Shown: positions 28,034 to 35,179 of the stretch, in pieces
Numbering within the stretch: the first letter of the stretch is position 1
How the letters are laid out: every line of letters starts with the position of its first letter
Source of the DNA: Ruminiclostridium sp.
GTDB lineage: Bacteria > Bacillota > Clostridia > Acetivibrionales > DTU013
Reading direction: 5' to 3'
DNA: 35,179 nucleotides
NCBI GenBank assembly: GCA_012027035.1
Contig: VEPD01000249.1
Location: forward strand, 1-35,179
Translations under genes and position numbers: made by a program
The notes under the pieces: generated by a model
What the model was told of the DNA's origin: nothing
Seen by the model: the letters and a program-made list of their open reading frames with translations, nothing else
The model's database searches: none

Positions 28034-29022
28034 TTATGAAAAAGGAAAAATTAAAGGTTATCATTGTTGGCGCTGGTTATATGGGTGAGACGCATGCCGC
28101 CTTGTATAATAAAATGGAAGACGTTGAGGTGTATGGTGTTGTTGATAAAAACCATACAAAATCATCTGATTTTGCCAGGAAATACTCTTGTTTACCGTTC
28201 GCGGATCTAAAAGAAGCCCTGGCCTGCAAGGCAGATTTTGTAGATATATGCCTTCCTACGCCATTCCATAAGAAATCGGTAATCGAAAGTTTGAAATCAG
28301 GTATGGATGTAATATGTGAAAAACCCATATCACTTTCTGTAGATGATGCAAAGCAAATGGTTGAAGCATCTGAGCAGTATGGTAAAAAATTAATGATTGC
28401 ACACGTTGTAAGGTTCTGGGCTGAATACGCGAAAATAAATGAAATGGTAAGAACCGGTAAAGTTGCAGGAATCAAATGCCTTACACTCTCCAGATACGGT
28501 ACGCTGCCTGCATGGTCGGAGGACAACTGGCTCCTTTCCGATAAAAAAAGCGGGAGTATAATATTTGACCTCGTTATTCATGATATTGATTTTGCACTAT
28601 CTTTGTTCGGCATGCCGAATTGGGTTTTTGCATGCAAGAGCATGATGAATGAAGATTATACCTTGTATGTTAATGCAATACTCGGATATAAGGATGTGAA
28701 CGTATTGATTGAAGCGGGGTTCGCAATGTCCGGATCATATCCCTTTACTGCAGGATTCAGGTTGAGCACCGGAAGTATCTCATATGAATATGTCAATAAG
28801 GATGGAAGAGGACTGGTCATGTATTCGGATAAAATTGCAGGGGAAAAATTGGAATATGCTGATTGCAATCCGTACGAAGAGGAATTGAGATATTTTATCG
28901 AATGCCTGAAGAATAACAAAAAACCCCTGATAGGTGACGGTTACGATGCGATAAAGGCGGTAAAAGTGGCTAAATGCCTTGAGATTTCCGCCAATATCAA
29001 TGAAAGAGTGAATGTCATTTGA
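28030..29022 (+). CDS. Gfo/Idh/MocA-family oxidoreductase
   Basis: VGAGYMG, ICLPT, CEKP, AHVVRF, DLVIHDID. Confidence 0.92.
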   Translation: MIMKKEKLKVIIVGAGYMGETHAALYNKMEDVEVYGVVDKNHTKSSDFARKYSCLPFADLKEALACKADFVDICLPTPFHKKSVIESLKSGMDVICEKPISLSVDDAKQMVEASEQYGKKLMIAHVVRFWAEYAKINEMVRTGKVAGIKCLTLSRYGTLPAWSEDNWLLSDKKSGSIIFDLVIHDIDFALSLFGMPNWVFACKSMMNEDYTLYVNAILGYKDVNVLIEAGFAMSGSYPFTAGFRLSTGSISYEYVNKDGRGLVMYSDKIAGEKLEYADCNPYEEELRYFIECLKNNKKPLIGDGYDAIKAVKVAKCLEISANINERVNVI

Positions 29023-29067
29023 GCCTTAATAAATATTTATATTAATATTAGAAAGCGAGGAATAAAT

Positions 29068-30303
29068 ATGTCTGGTGAAAATTTTCCCATGTGGCCGCAG
29101 TTTGCTGAGGAGACACTAAAGGATGTGCTGGAACCTTTGAAAAACGGTAAGGTAAATTACTGGACCGGTCCTAAAGGAATGGAATTTGAAAAGAAGTGGG
29201 CGGAATGGATAGGGGCGAAAATGGCCATATCCTGTACAAATGGCACTGCGGCATTGCATATTGCCATAAGCAGCCTTGGGATCGGCCCCGGCGATGAAGT
29301 AATCGTGCCGTCCTATTCCTTTATTGCTTCTTCCTTTTCAATTGTCCAGGCCGGAGCGATTCCCATATTTGCAGATGTTACGGAAGAACACACAATCGAT
29401 CCCCGTGAGATTGTGAAACACATCACACCCAGGACAAAAGGCATCGTGGTTGTCCACCTCTATGGAGTCGTTGCGGATATGGGACCCATTCTGGAAATTG
29501 CAAAAAAGCATAATCTAAAGATCATAGAGGACTGTGCTCAATGCTTCGGTGGGGAATATAAGGGTAAAAAAGCAGGCACCATAGGCGATGTGGGATGCTT
29601 CAGTTTTTGCCAGAGCAAACACTTTACCACCGGCGGAGAAGGCGGTATGGTTGTTACAAACGATGAGGAATTGGGATGGGAATGCCGTTCTTTCAGGGAT
29701 CACGGATATGATGTAAAAACGCGTATGAGTTTGCTTGCACTTGAAGAAAAGCTGCCATATATACATAACCGTGTGGGCTTTAATTACAGAATGACGGAAA
29801 TCCAATCGATCATCGGTTTGAATGAACTTAAAAGGTTTGACAGCTGGAACATGGTCAGACGCTATAAATATGCAAAGATGTATGATGAAGCTTTCAAAGG
29901 TCTTGAAGGAATTAAAGCGCTCCCGCTTAATACTGAAGAAAGAAGGAATGCTTACTGGTGGTATCCGGTACTTCTGGATATCGACAGGCTGGATATAAAA
30001 GCCGACGTATTTATTAAGGAGCTTGCAGCAGAGGGTATTCCGTGTTATGGGATTCAATGGCCGGAGGCTTATGAAGAAAGGGCTTATAAAGAACTTGGCG
30101 GCTTTGGGAATGTTAAATTTCCATTTGGCTCAAAGGAGTATACAAGCCCGGAATCCATTGAATATCAAAAGGTAATATGTCCTGTGGCAAAGAAGCTTCG
30201 TTATTACACCATCAATCTGTTTTTGCATCCCACATGGGATGAAGTACATATAAATAGATGCATAGCAGGCGTAAAAAAGCTGCTGGCAAAACACAAAAAA
30301 TAA
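29068..30303 (+). CDS. DegT/DnrJ/EryC1/StrS-family PLP-dependent sugar aminotransferase
   Basis: NGTAALH, GPGDEVIVP, VHLYG, IEDCAQ, SFCQSKHFTTGGEGG (PLP Lys), GFNYRMTE. Confidence 0.93.
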   Translation: MSGENFPMWPQFAEETLKDVLEPLKNGKVNYWTGPKGMEFEKKWAEWIGAKMAISCTNGTAALHIAISSLGIGPGDEVIVPSYSFIASSFSIVQAGAIPIFADVTEEHTIDPREIVKHITPRTKGIVVVHLYGVVADMGPILEIAKKHNLKIIEDCAQCFGGEYKGKKAGTIGDVGCFSFCQSKHFTTGGEGGMVVTNDEELGWECRSFRDHGYDVKTRMSLLALEEKLPYIHNRVGFNYRMTEIQSIIGLNELKRFDSWNMVRRYKYAKMYDEAFKGLEGIKALPLNTEERRNAYWWYPVLLDIDRLDIKADVFIKELAAEGIPCYGIQWPEAYEERAYKELGGFGNVKFPFGSKEYTSPESIEYQKVICPVAKKLRYYTINLFLHPTWDEVHINRCIAGVKKLLAKHKK

Positions 30304-30389
30304 CAGGTATGCGAAATTGATAATAAAGGCAATGATGGGGTTGGTATGATTTTTAGACAGCAATTGATATTGTGGAGAGGAAAAATACA

Positions 30390-31265
30390 ATGGATAAATT
30401 AAAAATTCTTGTTATCGGATGTCATCCGGCTGATGTATTCGACCATTGCGGAGGTACGTTGGCACGTCATATAAAACGCGGGGATCAGGTAACAGCGCTT
30501 TCAATAACAACAGGTTCGCGCGTTCATAATGATACGGTTTACAGTTTGGTAAAAAATAAAAGGAAAAGCGAAAGGCCCGATCCGGAAAAACTTAATGAAA
30601 TCTTGCAGAAAAGCTTAAGAGAAAAAAACAAGGACGTAATTGAAGCCTGTGAAATTTTAGGGATAACGGATGTGCGCTTTTTAAACTATGATGATAAAAT
30701 ACTCATGGAAACCAGGGAAATTGTTGAATCGGTGGCAAAGGCTATCCGCAGCATAAGGCCTGACATTATCATAACACATTATCCTCTGGCTGATGCAGGC
30801 ATATCAAATCCCCATGCAATTGCTGGGAAAATGGTCATGAATGCATTTATTTATGCAGGTCAGGCTGATTATGATGATGAAAATCCACCACACTGGGCTT
30901 CACAGATATTCTTTATGACGGCCGGAGATTCATTGTTCAAGGGCAACTATCTTGCGGAGGTAACAACGTTCAACTGCAATACTTTTATAGATATAACCGA
31001 TGTTATCGAACTGAAACTGAAAGCCGGCTGCAAGATGAAAAGCCAGCAATATGGAGAAGAATACAGTAAAAAGGCACTTGAAGCTACAGATGGCTTATGT
31101 GGGCTTTTCATGGGCGTACCTTATGCAGAGGCATTTATAAGATATTATCCTGATATAGCAGGATATCTGACAGTTTCCAATGAACTGCGTGAACGGGCAA
31201 ATGAGCCTGAGTTGGAAAAGCTTGAAAGAAAAGGTAAATTGATTGTTCCTTTTGTTAAGATATAA
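30390..31265 (+). CDS. PIG-L/LmbE-family protein with non-canonical HPAD motif
   Basis: ORF 30372..31265; ATG 30390 after GGAGAGG; LVIGCHPAD...GGTL, ACEILG, IRPDIIITH, FIDITDV, YAEAF. Confidence 0.8.
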   Translation: MDKLKILVIGCHPADVFDHCGGTLARHIKRGDQVTALSITTGSRVHNDTVYSLVKNKRKSERPDPEKLNEILQKSLREKNKDVIEACEILGITDVRFLNYDDKILMETREIVESVAKAIRSIRPDIIITHYPLADAGISNPHAIAGKMVMNAFIYAGQADYDDENPPHWASQIFFMTAGDSLFKGNYLAEVTTFNCNTFIDITDVIELKLKAGCKMKSQQYGEEYSKKALEATDGLCGLFMGVPYAEAFIRYYPDIAGYLTVSNELRERANEPELEKLERKGKLIVPFVKI

Positions 31266-31313
31266 AAGTTGATATTCAGGAAAAAGATTCTGGTTTTGGG
31301 AGGGAAGTCTTAG

Positions 31314-31943
31314 ATGAAGACTATTTTATGCTATGGAGATTCAAATACCTGGGGCTATAATCCTACTACCATGGGACGGTATGGGATCAATGAAAGATGG
31401 ACGGGACAATTGGCTGTGAGACTTGGAAACAGCTACAGGATTATTGAAGAAGGATTGAACTGCCGTACAACTGTCTGGGAGGATCCGGTTGACGGCAGTT
31501 ACAAGAGCGGAAAGGATTATCTGGCGCCTTGCCTCGATTCACACAGACCCATTGATCTGGTCATATTGTGGCTTGGGACGAATGATCTTAAAAGGCGTTT
31601 TTCGTTAGCTCCTTCCGACATTTCCACAGGCGTGGAAGTTCTGATCAAAATAATTGAAAACAGCGCTTCAGGTATTGATGGAAATGCTCCTGAGATTTTA
31701 CTGTTAAGCCCTACACCGGTAGGTAAGCCTGTGGATTTTCATGAAATGTTTAAAGATGCTGAAGAAAAATCAATAAAATTGCATGCATTGTATTCTGAAA
31801 TAGCGAAACTACATGGATGTAAGTATTTCAACCCGTCGGAAATCATTTCTGTAAGTGGGATTGACGGAGTCCACTTTGATTTGGAATCTCACAGCAAGCT
31901 TGCTGAAAAGCTGGCTTCGATCATTAAAAATATTTTTAAATAA
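31314..31943 (+). CDS. SGNH/GDSL hydrolase (arylesterase-like)
   Basis: CYGDSNTWG, EEGLNCRTT, LGTND, DGVH. Confidence 0.92.
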   Translation: MKTILCYGDSNTWGYNPTTMGRYGINERWTGQLAVRLGNSYRIIEEGLNCRTTVWEDPVDGSYKSGKDYLAPCLDSHRPIDLVILWLGTNDLKRRFSLAPSDISTGVEVLIKIIENSASGIDGNAPEILLLSPTPVGKPVDFHEMFKDAEEKSIKLHALYSEIAKLHGCKYFNPSEIISVSGIDGVHFDLESHSKLAEKLASIIKNIFK

Positions 31944-31958
31944 GAATGGAAGAGGTTT

Positions 31959-32789
31959 ATGAATAAAATAAACAAACTGGGCGTAGTAATGAAACTAAGC
32001 AATAGCATTATGGAGGAATTCCGGAAAATCAAAGGATGGGGGTTTGAGACCTGCCATCTGACATGCTTTGACAGGAACATGCTGACTGACGGCTATGCTG
32101 AATTGGTTAATCTAGCCGTGGAAAAAAGCGGAATAGAAATAACCGCTTTCTGGTGTGGCCTGGACAACCCTGCTTTCTGGAATTTCTATGATGGACCGTC
32201 TACCTTGGGACTTGTTCCTTCTGTTTACAGGCATAAAAGGATTGAGACACTTTTGCTGGGGTCTGATTTCGCCAGGAAAACAGGCATAAAAAATGTGGCG
32301 ACACAAATGGGTTTTATACCGGAAGACCCTTATGATTCCAACTATATGGGTGTTGTAAATACTATAAGATTTGTGGCCGGATATTGCAAAAACAGCAATC
32401 AGAGCATCCTGTTTGAAACAGGGCTTGACACTCCTGTCACATTGAAAAGGATCATACAGGATATAGGTTTTGACAACGTGGGTGTTAATTTCGATCCGGC
32501 AAACCTTCTGATGTGGGGGAAGGCAAATCCTATCGATGCACTGGATATCCTCAGTGAATATATATTTGAGGTTCATGCCAAAGACGGCGAATATCCGACT
32601 GACGTTAAAAACGCAGGTGTAGAAAAGCCTCTGGGTCAGGGCAGAGTCAATGTGCAGGCTTTTGTGTCAAGGCTTGACGCCTTTGGGTATAAAGGACCTA
32701 TTACAATCGAAACATATGCTGCCGGAGGACTGTGGGATGAAGCTGTGCTAGCCGCCAAAAAATTATTGGAAAGTATTATGCATAAATGA
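31959..32789 (+). CDS. Sugar phosphate isomerase/epimerase (xylose-isomerase-like TIM barrel, AP_endonuc_2 family)
   Basis: Metal ligands in FETG, NFDPAN, VHAKDG, ITIE; PLGQGRV. Confidence 0.88.
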   Translation: MNKINKLGVVMKLSNSIMEEFRKIKGWGFETCHLTCFDRNMLTDGYAELVNLAVEKSGIEITAFWCGLDNPAFWNFYDGPSTLGLVPSVYRHKRIETLLLGSDFARKTGIKNVATQMGFIPEDPYDSNYMGVVNTIRFVAGYCKNSNQSILFETGLDTPVTLKRIIQDIGFDNVGVNFDPANLLMWGKANPIDALDILSEYIFEVHAKDGEYPTDVKNAGVEKPLGQGRVNVQAFVSRLDAFGYKGPITIETYAAGGLWDEAVLAAKKLLESIMHK

Positions 32790-32932
32790 GTATTGCCTTA
32801 ATGAGCATTCCATTAAAGCAGGCTATCCTGGAAGATTGTGTGATCCTTGCGGATGAAGCTTTGCGGATGAGACTGAAGGATAAATATCCGGCTGTATATG
32901 AAAGGATACAAAAACGAAGGGCATTAAAATAA
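32786..32932 (+). pseudogene. 48-codon ORF, probable C-terminal remnant of a larger (M24 peptidase-like) gene
   Basis: ATG overlaps the upstream TGA; reads ...LEDCVILADEALRMRLKDKYPAVYERIQKRRALK*, which is protein-like; family assignment is from memory only. Confidence 0.4.
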
Positions 32933-33143
32933 TTATTGCAATATATATAGCTTTTCAGATATTAAACTGGAAGGCATTTTTTTGTAGTAAATCAAAGAGT
33001 TATGGATGGCGATTAAACATACTGTATGGTAGTCTTTTCTTTTTTGAAATAATTTCTAAAAAATATCTAGATTCCTGATTCATATTATGCTAATATTACA
33101 CAAAAGAAACACATATGTTCATGATGCGTGGACGGGAGGTAGT

Positions 33144-33587
33144 ATGGATAAGAATTCTACATATCTGCTTGTGGATGCGTCGGTACTTCCAGAGGTTTTT
33201 TCAAAGGTGATCGAGGTAAAAAAAATCCTCAGCAGGGGAAGAATAAAAGCAGTAAATGAGGCGGTAAAGGAAGCTGGGATAAGCAGGAGCGCATATTATA
33301 AATACAAGGATTTTATTTTTCCATTCTATGAGACTTCCAGAGGAAGGGTCATAACCCTTTTTTTCGTGGTTGAAGACTTCTCCGGAATTTTATCCAGCAT
33401 CATAAATAAGATTGCACTTGCTAAAGCCAATATAATAACAATAAATCAGAACGTTCCCATAAACGGACTTGCCGATATTACCATATCCATAGAAACCGCA
33501 GGTATGACAATGGAGATAAGGGAAATGATGGAGAGTATAGGAACGATAGATGGAGTAAGAAGGCAGGAGATCCTTGCAAGGGATTAA
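33144..33587 (+). CDS. ACT-domain regulator (UPF0735, ThrR/PheB-like)
   Basis: ORF 33087..33587; ATG 33144 after GGGAGG; LPEVFSKV, GISRSAYYKYKD HTH, ANIITINQNVP ACT domain; located upstream of hom. Confidence 0.88.
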   Translation: MDKNSTYLLVDASVLPEVFSKVIEVKKILSRGRIKAVNEAVKEAGISRSAYYKYKDFIFPFYETSRGRVITLFFVVEDFSGILSSIINKIALAKANIITINQNVPINGLADITISIETAGMTMEIREMMESIGTIDGVRRQEILARD

Positions 33588-33708
33588 GCAAGAGGTAGAT
33601 AATGCATAACTATGAGGCAGGTATGTCCTGTTAATATAAGAAATGCTGGAATCATGCAATATCAAAGCTGTAATAGCAGAATTGTCAGAAAAACAGGGAG
33701 GAATTCCT

Positions 33709-34959
33709 ATGATAAATGTAGCAATTTTAGGCTATGGGGTAGTTGGCTCGGGAGTCGCCGAGGTAATCAGGAAAAACAGCCGGAGCATTGCTCAGCGGGC
33801 AGGCGAGGAGATACAGGTCAAAAGGATTCTGGATATAAGGGATTTCCCGGAAGGGCCTGACAGCAGCCTGCTGACAAAAGATGCGGAAGTTGTTTTCGGC
33901 GACAGCTCAATTGCTATTGTTGTTGAAACCATAGGAGGGGCCGGAATAGCTCATGAATTCACCAAAAAAGCTTTTTCCCTTAAAAAACATGTTGTGACCT
34001 CCAACAAAGAGTTGATTGCGACACATGGCCCGGAATTGCTTAAAATGGCATCGGAAAATTGTGTCAGTTATCTTTTCGAGGCCAGCGTGGGTGGAGGCAT
34101 ACCTATAATACGCCCATTAAATCAATGCCTTGCTGCAAATGTAATAAACGGTATTACCGGGATACTCAACGGAACTACGAATTATATCCTTACTCAGATG
34201 AGGAAAGAAGGAAGAGATTTCTCCGATGCATTAAAAAGCGCTCAGGAGCATGGCTATGCAGAGGCGAATCCTACTGCGGATATTGAAGGGCATGATGCAT
34301 GTAGAAAAATTGCTATTTTGTCTTCTATTGCATATAATGAATTTGTTGATTGCAATGCGATATATACAGAGGGAATAACAAAAATAAGCGTTATAGATAT
34401 GCAATATGCGGAGTTGATGGATTCCGTGATAAAGCTGATCGCCATGAGTAAAAAGGCGGGGGACAGGATTTTTGCACGAGTCAGCCCTGCCATAATCAGT
34501 AAGGGCCATCCATTATCCAATGTGGAGGATGTTTTCAATGCCATTGTTGTAAAAGGTGACGTCATAGGAGATGCAATGTTTTATGGCAGGGGAGCAGGGA
34601 AGCTTCCGACTGCCAGCGCGGTTGTGGCTGATATTATAGATATAGTTCGTCATTTTGATAGTTATGGAAATAATTCTTGGCCAAGAAAAGATTATAACAA
34701 CCTTATTGATATATCAGAAAGTGAAACCCGATATTTTGTCAGGGTGAAAACCAGGAATACGGAAGAGGCAAGGAAATTCATCAGGAATACCTTTGCTGCG
34801 CCGGAGTTTCTGTTCCATATCAGGCAGGAGGCGGAAGGCGAACTGGCCTTTACAACTGAAAAGTCTACAGAGGCTGAACTGGCAGGTAAAGTAGACGCAC
34901 TAAAGGGTATAGGCGCTATAAAAGAAGTAGTTAGCGTATTACGGATTGAAGAGGAGTAA
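33709..34959 (+). CDS. hom: Homoserine dehydrogenase
   Basis: ORF 33643..34959; ATG 33709 after GGGAGG; LGYGVVGSG, VTSNK, FEASVGGGIP, GILNGTTNYIL, GYAEANP, GRGAGKLPTASAV. Confidence 0.95.
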   Translation: MINVAILGYGVVGSGVAEVIRKNSRSIAQRAGEEIQVKRILDIRDFPEGPDSSLLTKDAEVVFGDSSIAIVVETIGGAGIAHEFTKKAFSLKKHVVTSNKELIATHGPELLKMASENCVSYLFEASVGGGIPIIRPLNQCLAANVINGITGILNGTTNYILTQMRKEGRDFSDALKSAQEHGYAEANPTADIEGHDACRKIAILSSIAYNEFVDCNAIYTEGITKISVIDMQYAELMDSVIKLIAMSKKAGDRIFARVSPAIISKGHPLSNVEDVFNAIVVKGDVIGDAMFYGRGAGKLPTASAVVADIIDIVRHFDSYGNNSWPRKDYNNLIDISESETRYFVRVKTRNTEEARKFIRNTFAAPEFLFHIRQEAEGELAFTTEKSTEAELAGKVDALKGIGAIKEVVSVLRIEEE

Positions 34960-34994
34960 GAAATAATGGACAGCAAAAAGGGAGGTAGTAATCA

Positions 34995-35179
34995 GTTGGC
35001 TTGATTGTACAAAAATATGGCGGAAGCTCTGTTGCCAATGCGGAAAAGATTTTCATCGCTGCAGGCAGAATCCTTGAGGCATATGATTGAGGGAATCCCC
35101 TGGTAGTGGTGGTCTCGGCTCAAGGGGATACAACTGACGACCTGATTGAATAAGCCAGAGAAATCAATCCTCATCCGTC
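34995..35179 (+). pseudogene. lysC: Aspartate kinase 5' end, disrupted and truncated by the window end
   Basis: Frame from 35001 reads LIVQKYGGSSVANAEKI...AYD*GNPLVVVVSAQGDTTDDLIE*AREINP; TGA 35088-35090, TAA 35151-35153; GGAGG SD at 34981 precedes GTT (34995) where a start codon is expected. Confidence 0.8.

Noticed and set aside
28030..31265. O-antigen/antibiotic biosynthesis cluster suggested by DegT plus oxidoreductase
   Set aside because: No nucleotidyltransferase, glycosyltransferase or exporter; the neighbouring kinase, aldolase and hydrolases point to catabolism
21..35174. Numerous minus-strand and alternative-frame ORFs in the track (e.g. 9923..10537, 18473..19057, 29515..30057, 21847..22365)
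   Set aside because: They are shadows overlapping well-supported + strand genes and show no recognisable motifs
1..35179. CRISPR arrays, tRNA/rRNA, transposases, integrases, phage or defence genes
   Set aside because: No regularly spaced repeats, RNA-gene signatures or matching protein motifs seen

Overview
A low-GC Firmicutes (Clostridia-like; Ruminiclostridium/Acetivibrio-like gene style, by inference) window with all convincing genes on the + strand. About 1-32.9 kb is an accessory catabolic region. It holds a DapA-family lyase, two small Cys-motif paralogues, an AraC regulator, a fused transketolase, a TPP enzyme, an RpiB/LacAB isomerase, dehydrogenases, two unclassified beta-propeller glycosidase-like proteins, a sugar ABC importer and a sortase-anchored CBM9 protein. 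A second operon starts with a non-pyrrolysine MttB-family methyltransferase and continues with SDR, amidohydrolases, a class II aldolase, an FGGY kinase, a DegT aminotransferase, PIG-L, SGNH and a TIM-barrel isomerase. The last ~2 kb is core threonine/aspartate metabolism (ACT regulator, hom, start of lysC). Notable points: two otherwise intact genes each carry a single in-frame TAG; lysC at the window end carries two in-frame stops and a non-start codon; a 112-bp MITE-like element has perfect TIRs and a 6-bp target duplication; and a 16-bp motif is repeated in two intergenic regions. All product calls are from motif recognition by eye, with no database searches run.
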